This document shows positions 41,252-49,834 of a stretch of 64,000 nt of DNA, piece after piece (the stretch's first letter is position 1; the number at the start of each line of letters is the position of its first letter). The notes under the pieces were generated by a model. That model made no database searches. It saw nothing but the letters and a program-made list of their open reading frames with translations, and was not told where the DNA came from. The position numbers and the translations under genes are program-made. Source of the stretch: Coriobacteriia bacterium (lineage in GTDB: Bacteria > Actinomycetota > Coriobacteriia > Anaerosomatales > JAAXUF01); assembly GCA_038245725.1 (NCBI GenBank), contig JBBRSD010000006.1:41036-105035 (forward strand), in the 5' to 3' direction.

Positions 41252-41590
41252 AGGGCGCTTTGCTCGGCGTCCACACCCGTCGGTCAGGAGGTCTCAACTG
41301 CAGGTGGAAACAGCAACAGAGCAGGAAGACCGGGCCGAAGTGGCAGATGAAGGTCTCAGGTACCGAGTGCCGAACGACTAGCACGATGCCGGAGAGCCGG
41401 GCATAAGCCCTTGGAACGCCGAGGATGAGACCGCAGGGACACAGCCGGTCGAGATTCCTCGCTACTAGCCCTTTAGAAGGGCCCCTTAGGCGGTGCGAAG
41501 GCCACCTCGGTCACAGGAGGACAACCCGGCGGAATGCGCGCCGGTCAGCAGAGGAGCGGATCCCGAATCGGGACCCGCTCCTTCTTATTG
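41252..41590 (+). ncRNA. Structured ~340-nt noncoding RNA, Ms1-like candidate
   Basis: -10 TATATT at 41240-41245, nested long-range stems, terminal GC hairpin 41552-41582 with T-rich tail, no credible ORF; motifs AAGACC..GCCGAAG and CTAGCACG recalled from Ms1. Confidence 0.6.
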
Positions 41591-41610
41591 GATGCTGTGG
41601 GCAGTGAAGG

Positions 41611-41949
41611 TCAGAGTGCCTCGGGCCCGGTCTCGCCGGTCCGGACGCGGATGACCTGCTCGACGGTGGAGACGAAGATCTTACCGTCACCGATGCGATC
41701 GGTCCGAGCAGCCTTCACGACCGCGTCGACGAGGTCGGCCACTTCGTGGTCGTTCACAACGGCGACGATTGAGACCTTGGGAAGCAGATCGATGACGTAC
41801 TCGGCGCCACGCCAGTGCTGTGAGATGCCGCCCTGGGTGCCGTGACCCTTGACCTCGGTGATCGTCAGGCCCTTGTGTCCGAGACCGACGACCGCTTCCT
41901 TTACAGAGTCGAGCCGTTCCGGGCGAACGACAGCTTCTACGCGCTTCAT
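41611..41949 (-). CDS. glnK: P-II nitrogen regulator
   Basis: EVKGHGTQGG...RGAEY..DLLPK, ARTDRIGDGKIFV; directly downstream of amtB. Confidence 0.95.
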   Translation of the reverse strand: MKRVEAVVRPERLDSVKEAVVGLGHKGLTITEVKGHGTQGGISQHWRGAEYVIDLLPKVSIVAVVNDHEVADLVDAVVKAARTDRIGDGKIFVSTVEQVIRVRTGETGPEAL

Positions 41950-43572
41950 CTATGCCTCACCTCCGGCGGTTGAATAGTCGGCTCCGTCAGTTGCGGGGCT
42001 CGTGTTCACGAAGTCGGGGTAGGCGAGCACACCCATCTCGGTGGCGTCCAAGCCTGCGATCTCGTCGTTGGCCGAGGAACGCAGGCCCATGATCTTCTTC
42101 TGCGCCGTGAAGAACAGGTAGAACATGCCGAATGCCCATGAGGCGACGACGACGCAGGCGATCAGCTGCGCGACAAGCTGGCCGGGGTCGCCATAGAACA
42201 GGCCCTTGACCGGATTGGCGATGCCATTGAATCCGGCGCCGTAGGTGCCATCCGCGAACAGACCGAGAGAGATCATGCCCCAGAGACCGCACACGCCGTG
42301 GACCGAGGAGGCGCCCACCGGGTCATCGACCTTGAGCTTGCGCTCGATAAAGATGACCGAAAGGACGACCAGGATACCGGCGACCGCGCCGATGAGAACC
42401 GCTGCCCAGGGGCTGACAAACGCGCAGGGAGCGGTGATGGCCACGAGGCCGGCGAGCGAGCCGTTGACCGCCATCGACGGATCGGGCTTGCCCCAGAGCT
42501 TCCACACGAAGAACATCGCCGAAACCATACCTGCGGAGCCAGCGAGGAGCGTGTTGGCGATGATGACGGAGAAGCGCAAGTCCCCGGCGGCCAGGGTCGA
42601 CATGCCGTTGAAGCCGAACCAGCCGAAGAACAGGATGATGGTGCCGGCGATGGCCATCGGGATGTGGTGGCCAGGGATGGCGATCGGGGTGCCGTCTTTC
42701 TTGAACTTACCGATGCGCGGGCCGATCACGACTGCGCCCGCAAGCGCCGAGAATCCACCGACCGCATGCACGACCGATGAGCCGGCGAAGTCGAGCACGC
42801 CGTGGCCGAGGTGCAGCGTGGTGCCCAGCTGCGAGAGCCAGCCGCCACCCCAGACCCACATGCCGTAGACCGGGTAGACGATGATGCCCATGAAGATGCC
42901 CATCGGGACGAACGCCGAGAACTTCCAACGCTCAGCCATGGCGCCGGTCACGATCGTGGCGGCGGTGTCCATGAATACGAGCTGGAAAAGGAAGAACGCG
43001 AAGATGCCGACGTCATATGTGCCGTCGTGCAGCGAGCCAAGCAGGAAGCCCTTGTAGCTGAAAAGGCCCCAACCGGGAGCTGCGGCGAACAGGTGGTTCA
43101 GCGGCTCGACTCCACCGAGCAGACTGATGCTTCCGAAGCCGCCAAACTGGATCGCGAACCCTGCGGCCCAGTAGGAGAGAGCGCCGATCCCAAAGACGAT
43201 GAAGTTTGTCATGGCGACGTGTGCCGCGTTCTTCGAGCGACAGAAGCCGGTCTCGACGAGCATGAAGCCCGCCTGCATGAAGAAGATGAGCGCCACACCG
43301 ACGATCACGAAGAACATGTTGACGCCGATGGTCAGATGTCCCAGCTGAGCGCCGATCTCAGCGACAGTGGGCTGGCCCGCGGTCGCGGCGGTAACCGCAT
43401 TGATGTCACCCGTGGCGGCGCCGTTGGGGTCACCTGCAAGGGCGAGGCCGGTCAGAAGCACGAAGGCAACTATGGTGAACAATGACGTACGAACTGCAGC
43501 ACGCTTCAGAATGTCCGGCATTCGGTCGCGTACGGCTGAAGGGTCGAAGAACCGCATAAGAAGCGACTTCAA
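41950..43572 (-). CDS. amtB: Ammonium transporter
   Basis: FFMQAGF..VETG..RSKN, GAMAER, DFAGSSVVH, FFGWFGFN, DDPVGASSVHG. TTG start 43572 with AAGGAGG RBS. Confidence 0.96.
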   Translation of the reverse strand: MKSLLMRFFDPSAVRDRMPDILKRAAVRTSLFTIVAFVLLTGLALAGDPNGAATGDINAVTAATAGQPTVAEIGAQLGHLTIGVNMFFVIVGVALIFFMQAGFMLVETGFCRSKNAAHVAMTNFIVFGIGALSYWAAGFAIQFGGFGSISLLGGVEPLNHLFAAAPGWGLFSYKGFLLGSLHDGTYDVGIFAFFLFQLVFMDTAATIVTGAMAERWKFSAFVPMGIFMGIIVYPVYGMWVWGGGWLSQLGTTLHLGHGVLDFAGSSVVHAVGGFSALAGAVVIGPRIGKFKKDGTPIAIPGHHIPMAIAGTIILFFGWFGFNGMSTLAAGDLRFSVIIANTLLAGSAGMVSAMFFVWKLWGKPDPSMAVNGSLAGLVAITAPCAFVSPWAAVLIGAVAGILVVLSVIFIERKLKVDDPVGASSVHGVCGLWGMISLGLFADGTYGAGFNGIANPVKGLFYGDPGQLVAQLIACVVVASWAFGMFYLFFTAQKKIMGLRSSANDEIAGLDATEMGVLAYPDFVNTSPATDGADYSTAGGEA

Positions 43573-43721
43573 CGCCCACACCTCCTTTTGGCAGTGGCGA
43601 CCCGCCCTATGCAGGTCGCGGCTGGGGGCACAAGCGCCGTACTCCGTTGGACGGCGGTACTCGGAGATGCGCAGCTCCGAGGCGACCGATGGCGGCCGTA
43701 CAGCAACCGTAGGGGTGCGAC

Positions 43722-43770
43722 ATTTCAAAGCTGTTTCTTGGCGAATGCGGCGCGGTGAAACTTGGGTTTC
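43722..43770 (-). promoter_or_regulatory. Putative actinobacterial GlnR-type boxes upstream of amtB-glnK
   Basis: Minus strand GAAAC-n6-TTCAC-n6-GCATT-n6-GAAAC-n6-GAAAT with exact 11-bp periodicity. Confidence 0.5.
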
Positions 43771-43871
43771 GGTGCCTGCCCGAAACGAAAGACGCTGGTG
43801 CGACGACCGCAACAGATGCGAAACACCGCGGGACTAAGCTTCGCGTACGCACTACGTACGGAGGCCTGCGA

Positions 43872-45092
43872 ATGCACACTGAAACCTCGCGAGTACTCAT
43901 AGACCTGCTCATCGTGTTCGCGGTCGGCAAACTCATGGGCGAGTTGTTCGAGCGGATGCGCCAACCAGCTGTCATCGGTGAGCTTCTCGCCGGCATCCTG
44001 ATCGGTCCGGGGCTTCTCGGCTGGGTGAGGCCTGGGGCGGTGCTGTCGACCGTGGCGACGATGGGCGTGATCGTGCTCATGTTCGTCGTCGGGCTCGAGA
44101 CACGTCCGAGCGATCTCTTCAAGGTAGGCGGCCGCGCCTTCGTCGTGGGCAGCGTCGGAATCGTGCTGCCGCTGCTGTGCGGCTTCTGGTTCGGGACGGC
44201 GCTGGGCGACGGCCGGCCGGAGGCGTTGTTCATCGGGACGGCGCTGGTGGCGACGTCGGTGGGAATCACGGCGCGCGTGCTGGCGGACCGCGGGTTTCTC
44301 TCGGCGACGGAGGCTCGCATCATTTTGGCGGCGGCGGCCATCGACGACGTGCTGGGGATGCTCGTGCTGTCGTTGGTGGTGGGTTCGACGCACGGCAGCA
44401 TTGACGTCGCGCACATGGGCGTGTTGCTGGCGCAGGTAATCGCGTTCATCGGGTTCGAGATGTGGCTCGCACCGAAACTGGTGGCCCGACACGCGCACTG
44501 GCTCGACAAGCTTCGCATCCCGAACGCCGGGTTCGTGGTCGCGCTCATCGTGATGCTGGGCATGGCAGCGCTCTCCGAGGCGATTGGGCTCGCGGGAATC
44601 GTGGGCGCCTTCTTCGCGGGCATGATGTTCGCCGAGACCGAGGACCGCTGGGAACTCACCAAGCAGGCGCGGCCGCTCTACGAGTGGCTCGTGCCGTATT
44701 TCTTCGTCGTTACCGGCATGCAGGTGCAGCCGTCGCTCTTCGCTCACAGCAAGGTGCTTGTACCGGGCCTGGTGCTGGTTGCGATCGCCGTGGCGACGAA
44801 GGTCGTTGGGTGCGGGCTCGGGGCCGCGGGCATGGGCTGGCGGCGCATGATCGCCATCGGCGTGGGCATGGTGCCGCGCGGCGAGGTCGGGCTCATCGTG
44901 GCTTCGACCGGGCTCGCGATGGGTGTGATCGGCTCGGCGAGCTACGCGATGATCATCCTCGTGGTGGTCGCGTCGACGGTCGTGGCACCTCCACTGCTGG
45001 CCGTGTTGTTCCCGTGGGCGTTGGCGCAGCCGGTGGATGCTCACGGCGAGGGCCTTGCCGAGACGGGCGTGCTAGCTTTCGGCGACGAGTAG
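43872..45092 (+). CDS. Cation:proton antiporter (CPA2, NapA-like)
   Basis: QPAVIGELLAGILIGP, ATSVGIT, AAAIDDVLG, GMVPRGEV; ATG 43872 with GGAGG RBS. Confidence 0.92.
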   Translation: MHTETSRVLIDLLIVFAVGKLMGELFERMRQPAVIGELLAGILIGPGLLGWVRPGAVLSTVATMGVIVLMFVVGLETRPSDLFKVGGRAFVVGSVGIVLPLLCGFWFGTALGDGRPEALFIGTALVATSVGITARVLADRGFLSATEARIILAAAAIDDVLGMLVLSLVVGSTHGSIDVAHMGVLLAQVIAFIGFEMWLAPKLVARHAHWLDKLRIPNAGFVVALIVMLGMAALSEAIGLAGIVGAFFAGMMFAETEDRWELTKQARPLYEWLVPYFFVVTGMQVQPSLFAHSKVLVPGLVLVAIAVATKVVGCGLGAAGMGWRRMIAIGVGMVPRGEVGLIVASTGLAMGVIGSASYAMIILVVVASTVVAPPLLAVLFPWALAQPVDAHGEGLAETGVLAFGDE

Positions 45093-45195
45093 TCGGCCGA
45101 AACTCGGCCCGAGATAAGTGAAGCGACAAGTGACAAGTCAAGTCCTACGTAGAGAAGTACATCCTGAGCGCGCGATGATATACTCTCCCGCGCAC

Positions 45196-45271
45196 GGGGA
45201 CGTAGCTCAGCTGGGAGAGCATCGGCTTTGCAAGCCGAGGGTCGAGGGTTCGAGCCCCTTCGTCTCCACCA
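45196..45271 (+). tRNA. tRNA-Ala (TGC)
   Basis: GGGGACG...CGTCTCC acceptor stem with G3:U70, TTTGCAA anticodon loop, GTTCGAG T loop, CCA; -10 TATACT at 45179. Confidence 0.98.
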
Positions 45272-45276
45272 AGCGA

Positions 45277-45318
45277 AAACGCAGGTCGGGAGCTTATAGG
45301 CTCTCGACCTGTTTGTTT
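45277..45318. terminator. Bidirectional terminator between tRNA-Ala and the lmo0937-like gene
   Basis: CAGGTCGGGAGC/GCTCTCGACCTG stem flanked by AAAAC and TTTGTTT. Confidence 0.7.
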
Positions 45319-45349
45319 CTTCTACCAAGCGCCGTCGACAGTGGTGCGT

Positions 45350-45493
45350 CTAGGCGCGTCGACCGACGACCAGGTTGTAGATGAGTACGATGATCGCGAT
45401 CACGATCAGCAGGTGGATAAGACTGCCGCCAAGGTGAAAGCTGAAGCCGAGAAGCCAGAGAACAAGAAGAATCACGAATATCGTCCACAACAT
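45350..45493 (-). CDS. Small membrane protein, lmo0937 (DUF5670) family
   Basis: MLWTIFVILLVLWLLGFSFHLGGSLIHLLIVIAIIVLIYNLVVGRRA; GGAGG RBS. Confidence 0.88.
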   Translation of the reverse strand: MLWTIFVILLVLWLLGFSFHLGGSLIHLLIVIAIIVLIYNLVVGRRA

Positions 45494-45543
45494 GGTGACT
45501 ACCTCCGATTGGCCGACGAATGAACCTTCGTACACTGTCATTC

Positions 45544-45568
45544 ATGCCCAAGCGTTTGGCCGCGAAAC
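45544..45568 (-). promoter_or_regulatory. Putative SigB/SigF-type stress promoter
   Basis: GTTT-N15-GGGCAT upstream of the lmo0937-like gene. Confidence 0.5.
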
Positions 45569-45638
45569 GGAAGTCCGGAACGTACGGCCCGACCCGCGAT
45601 TGACCGGTGTAATGCTGCACCCTGCGTGCCTGGAATCG

Positions 45639-45679
45639 AAAAAGGGACCGCGAGCAGGTTTCTCCGCTCGCGGTCCCTT
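45639..45679 (-). terminator. Intrinsic terminator after the lipoprotein gene
   Basis: AAGGGACCGCGAGC/GCTCGCGGTCCCTT stem ending in a T tract on the minus strand. Confidence 0.72.
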
Positions 45680-45712
45680 GTCTGTGCTGCAGCCGCTACG
45701 CGGCCACGGCAG

Positions 45713-46078
45713 TTACTTCTGCGACTTGGCGACCATCTTGCCGTTGAAGAACGAGACGGTCAGACCGCTGCTCCACGCGTAGGTGACGAACGCGAACTTC
45801 TTGCTGCCCTTGCGCACGACAACGGTGCCGGGTCCTCCGGCCATCGCGCTTACCTGCTGGTAGCTCATGCCGGTCCTGACCCGGTTGTACAGCGCAAGCG
45901 GGCCGGCGTCCTTGGGAGCTGCGGTTGCGGTTGGGTTAGCCGACGAAGTCGTAGTACTTGTGGCCACGGGCGCTGCCGCGGGGATGCTTCCGACCGGGCC
46001 GTTGTTGGCGGGCGAACAGCCGACGAGAGAGAGCGCCACCAAGCACACGACGATTGCAGGAACGATCAGTTTCTTCAA
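45713..46078 (-). CDS. Lipoprotein with BLIP/DUF3862-like domain
   Basis: Lipobox LVGC, Thr/Ala linker, YNRVRTGMSYQQV...GGPG...YAW...VSFFNGKMVAKSQ. Confidence 0.75.
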   Translation of the reverse strand: MKKLIVPAIVVCLVALSLVGCSPANNGPVGSIPAAAPVATSTTTSSANPTATAAPKDAGPLALYNRVRTGMSYQQVSAMAGGPGTVVVRKGSKKFAFVTYAWSSGLTVSFFNGKMVAKSQK

Positions 46079-46520
46079 CGATGAACCTCCCCGACTGAGT
46101 GCGGCCCGAGCGCCCCGAGGGCTCGTGGCCGAAGTCTTCTATGAAGCACGGTGTCAGCCGCTTCGCTGAGTATAGGACAAGCCCGCGTGGTTTTGAGCCG
46201 GTCGGAGAGTGGCGCGTTCGTCTCGGACTTAACGAGAGGGGGCGACTCGGCGGGCACCCCCTCGAGGCGGCTCGGTCACCGTCTAACGATGTTTCCGCAG
46301 TTCAGGGGCGCTTGGCTCGCTCAATCAAGGTCCGTTCAGGAACGGACCTTGGGCAGCTCGGATGTCGAGGATCAAGTGATGCGAGCCTCTCGTCTTCACA
46401 AAAAGAACGCAAGCCGTAAGCCTCTCAGGCCGGCCGGAACGGACTCCGAGCAGCCTCAGAGGGATATACACCTCATATGCGGGCGTTTGAGCCTTCGCAC
46501 GACTGAGGAGTTGAGCTGCA

Positions 46521-46844
46521 GTGATGGGATACGGACGCGGATACGGTTATGACGGCTACGGTGGCGGCATGATGAGCAACGGTGGATGGTTCGTCGGGCT
46601 GTTGCTGACGCTCTTCGGCGTGCTCGTGATACTTGTGGTCGTGCTGCTCGTCGTATGGGCGGTGCGGGCGTCGTCTGGACACGGGCACTCAGGCGCGGTG
46701 ATGCATCCCATGACACCCGGGGCGACTCCGCCCACGGGGGCGGTAGGACACGACGAGGCCGTAGCCATCGCGAAGAAGCGCCTGGCAAGTGGCGAGATAA
46801 AGCCCGACGAGTACGCGGAGATCATGCGCCATCTCGGCGGCTAG
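46521..46844 (+). CDS. SHOCT-domain membrane protein with Met/Gly-rich N-terminus
   Basis: MMGYG..GGGMM, one TM helix, EAVAIAKKRLASGEIKPDEYAEI SHOCT motif; GAGGAG RBS. Confidence 0.85.
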   Translation: MMGYGRGYGYDGYGGGMMSNGGWFVGLLLTLFGVLVILVVVLLVVWAVRASSGHGHSGAVMHPMTPGATPPTGAVGHDEAVAIAKKRLASGEIKPDEYAEIMRHLGG

Positions 46845-47020
46845 CGTCGGCGGATTCACAGGCACCAGCAGGGCCGGCACGCGGGCCACTCAGTAGCTGA
46901 CTTTTGCACTAGCTTCTGGGTGAGCCTGGCGTTGACCGGCCCTGTTATCGCGCGTAAGGGCCGCGGCGACGGCCGGGTGAGCCGCGCACACCGCGCCGGA
47001 TCGCGCCGCCTGCGCTGGCG

Positions 47021-49636
47021 TTAGTGCGCCCGGAACGTCCTGAACGCGCTCGCGCTCCACGCGTGGTCCGCGTCCGAGTGCACCGCGCGCACCGCCCATC
47101 TCCCGCGCGCAAGCTTCTTACGCAGCGACCAGCGACCCACCGAGACGCTTACCCGCTTCGCCGGGCCATACGCCGAGAGCTTTCCGGAGCTGCTCACGTG
47201 GTACCAGCTCACCATCACGAATGTGACGTGCGCCGAAGTGCTGCCCATCGCCGAGAAGTATCGCGACGCGTACACGTACGACGGCACCTTCGGGGTTGCC
47301 AGCACTGCTCGGACGCGAACGGTCGCGGCGTTGCTGGTGCCGGGCAACAGCCCGCTGCCTGGCGCGACGATCGCCCGGTACGTGGTGTTCAGAGTCGGCT
47401 TCACGGGGAACGTGAACGCGCCACCGCTCGTTGCTAGGGCGTCGGTGACGCCCGCCCAGACCCACGACGCGCCCGACAGGCGCTGCAGCCGAAGGTGCTG
47501 GCCGGTCACCGGCAGCACGAGCGCGCTGGCCAGGTTGATCGAGCCGGTGACGTGCGCGGTGGACCCGGCGAAGATCACCGGCGTCGCAGCAGCAGCCATC
47601 TTCGTGTTCGCATACACCGTGAAGGTCGCCGCGCGATGCGCACCGGAGTTGCCGACGGCGTCTGTGGCCCAGTACACGAGATGGCGTGGCGAGCCGCTCA
47701 TGGGGACGCCCACGGTCGTCTCGGCAGATGGGACTGTTTGAGTGGCCGCGCCATCGAGCTGGTAGGAGATCGACGCCACACCGGAGCCGGTTGCCGTGTC
47801 GGTCGCCGTCAGCGTGAGGGTGGCGCTCTGCACGTAGGACGGGTGCGCATCGCAGGTGGCGCTCGGCGCGTCGATGTCGTGGACGAGGAAGCTCACCACA
47901 ACGGTCGCCTCGGCGTTGCCTGAGAAGTCGGTGGACCAGTAGGCGAGCGTGTGGTAGCCGTAGGCGGGTTCGACCACAGCGGTGCCATTTCCCGGTGCCC
48001 CGTCGAGGAGCCAGTGCGTGCTCTCGACTCCGATGCCGGTGTCGGTGGCGGTCAGCGAGATCGTCGCCGTGCCTTCGTAGGTGGCAATCCGGTTGCTGGT
48101 GGTAACCGGCGGGGTGAGATCGGCCGTGAGGAGGCCCGTGTTGGTGATCACCGTCGCAGTCATCGTCACCCCGCTCGACCCAATTGAGCGAATAGCGAGA
48201 TTGCTCGGTCCCGTGAAATACGTCGCGCTTGGGTCAGTCGAGTCGTTGAAGCTGGCGTTGTTGCTCGTGCCCGGGAAGGGATCGCCGTCGTCGCCGAGGT
48301 TGGAGTTGCCGAGGTGCAGATTCTGGACGCCGCCGTGCGCCTCTTCGAGTCCCACCATATAGTGGCTTGCGGTGTCGTTGTTGGCCTGACCCTCGTCGAC
48401 GTGGTAAATGAGCAGCCCCGCGCCGGGAAGGTAGGAGTCGGTGCCGGTCAGCTGGCGATTTTCGACAAGGACGTACTCCGGACCGCTTGTCCCGGCGTTC
48501 TTCTCGACGCGCAGGATCGTTCCCTCGCGCGTCGCACTCGCCGAGGCGATCTTCTCGGCGGAGGCTGGCTGAGTGACTGACTTGGCCGAGTCGAACCCGA
48601 GCTTCATTAGCGACCACGCGTCGAAGCGCGCCGGGCTGTCACCGAGACCATGCGGTCCGTTCCAGCTACCGGAAGCCATAATGCTCCAGTTGCCGAGTCC
48701 CTCGGAGTTGTAGGTGGTGTCGTACATGTCGACCGTGCCGAGCATGTGCCCGATCTCGTGGCAGTAGACCCCGGTTGTCATATCGCCGGGCGTCTGCCAG
48801 TACTCGGGCTCCGTCGAGTACGACCCGAGGGTGACACCGTTGTAGGTGGGCGCCGGCGAGTGTGCGTACCACTCGTGTGACCAGATATGCGACGAGCTGC
48901 CAGTGAATTCAGCGCCTTGGCCAGCATGGATGACCACCACACCGTCGAGTACGCCGTCGCCGTCGCTATCATAGTTCGAGAAGTCGACGCCTCTGACGAA
49001 GGCCGCCGCACATGCATCCTCGAGTAGCTTCTGTGAGTTGTTCGGGTAGCCGCCCATGGCAGAGTCGGTGCCTACGTAAGAGCTATACGGCTGCGGCATC
49101 CGCAGCCACCCTATTGCGCTGGGCTCCTCGGTTGCCACCGGCTGTATGTCGATTCCGCCCGCACTGACTTCCTTGTAATAGCCGCGCACGGATGCCGGAC
49201 CTGTGACGTCGTTGTACATAAGTCTGTCGAAACTGGACGCTGCGACCTGATGCTGTGCGTCGTTGAAGTCCACGAGCAGCACGAGCATGTGGAACGGCCG
49301 CTGCGCCGCTGCCGCTGCGCGCAATGCCGGAGCCATCGCCGCCAAGCCCAAGATTGGTAGGCCTGCAGAATTCGGTACGACGCGACCCCTCGGGCCGAAG
49401 GTTCTGATTGGCGGGATGTCGATTCCGTGGGAGTACGCCCTCGCCTGCTGCGCATTCACAGAGCGGCGCAACGCGGCGTTGGTCGCCATGAGGCCGAGAA
49501 GGTGTGGACTGGGCGGAATCGCGGACGCAGCCGCAGGGGCGCCCAACGTCGCGAAGAGCATCAGAAGCAGCACCGCTGCGGCGAAGACTCGCCAATGTGG
49601 AGTGCGGTTGCTTATGGGATGACCGTTGTCCTGCAT
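47021..49636 (-). CDS. Secreted M6-family (immune inhibitor A-like) metalloprotease with C-terminal Ig-like domains
   Basis: Signal peptide, LVLLVDFND, DSDGDGVLDG..IHAGQG, CHEIGHMLG zinc motif, WSIMASGSW, EYVLVENRQ, GLLIYHVD; repeated HxLxYWxTDxxGN domains. ATG 49636 with AGGGAG RBS. Confidence 0.92.
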   Translation of the reverse strand: MQDNGHPISNRTPHWRVFAAAVLLLMLFATLGAPAAASAIPPSPHLLGLMATNAALRRSVNAQQARAYSHGIDIPPIRTFGPRGRVVPNSAGLPILGLAAMAPALRAAAAAQRPFHMLVLLVDFNDAQHQVAASSFDRLMYNDVTGPASVRGYYKEVSAGGIDIQPVATEEPSAIGWLRMPQPYSSYVGTDSAMGGYPNNSQKLLEDACAAAFVRGVDFSNYDSDGDGVLDGVVVIHAGQGAEFTGSSSHIWSHEWYAHSPAPTYNGVTLGSYSTEPEYWQTPGDMTTGVYCHEIGHMLGTVDMYDTTYNSEGLGNWSIMASGSWNGPHGLGDSPARFDAWSLMKLGFDSAKSVTQPASAEKIASASATREGTILRVEKNAGTSGPEYVLVENRQLTGTDSYLPGAGLLIYHVDEGQANNDTASHYMVGLEEAHGGVQNLHLGNSNLGDDGDPFPGTSNNASFNDSTDPSATYFTGPSNLAIRSIGSSGVTMTATVITNTGLLTADLTPPVTTSNRIATYEGTATISLTATDTGIGVESTHWLLDGAPGNGTAVVEPAYGYHTLAYWSTDFSGNAEATVVVSFLVHDIDAPSATCDAHPSYVQSATLTLTATDTATGSGVASISYQLDGAATQTVPSAETTVGVPMSGSPRHLVYWATDAVGNSGAHRAATFTVYANTKMAAAATPVIFAGSTAHVTGSINLASALVLPVTGQHLRLQRLSGASWVWAGVTDALATSGGAFTFPVKPTLNTTYRAIVAPGSGLLPGTSNAATVRVRAVLATPKVPSYVYASRYFSAMGSTSAHVTFVMVSWYHVSSSGKLSAYGPAKRVSVSVGRWSLRKKLARGRWAVRAVHSDADHAWSASAFRTFRAH

Positions 49637-49698
49637 GCGCTCCCTGACTGTTTCATCGCACGCTAACGTAGATCGGGTGAGATTTCTGTATGCCCATC

Positions 49699-49726
49699 GT
49701 ATCGACGGCATTACCGCTCGGTATGA
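49699..49726 (-). promoter_or_regulatory. Putative sigma-28-type promoter of the M6 protease
   Basis: Minus strand TCAT-N16-GTCGATAC. Confidence 0.4.
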
Positions 49727-49758
49727 GCGGCGTGTTTGCGATCACGGGGGACTTCAAG

Positions 49759-49796
49759 GAAAAGAGAGGCCCCGCGCGGGGGGTGCGCGGGGCCTC
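49759..49796 (-). terminator. Intrinsic terminator after the OFA transporter
   Basis: GAGGCCCCGCGC/GCGCGGGGCCTC stem followed by TCTTTT on the minus strand. Confidence 0.72.
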
Positions 49797-49834
49797 CTGG
49801 GTAGTGCTGTGGGTGGAGCAGGTGAACGGGGCGT

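Noticed and set aside
41252..41590. RNase P RNA, tmRNA, SRP RNA or raiA-motif identity for the structured RNA
   Set aside because: No GAGGAAAGTCC, no tRNA-like ends, no SRP GGAA-loop domain, and no match to raiA as I recall it.
43573..43700. ANTAR-binding hairpins or a glutamine riboswitch in the amtB leader
   Set aside because: Hairpins lack paired A1/G4 hexaloops and I could not match the glnA-motif consensus.
23943..45195. Prophage or integrative element at tRNA-Ile or tRNA-Ala
   Set aside because: No integrase, phage or conjugation genes and no duplicated tRNA 3' end seen.
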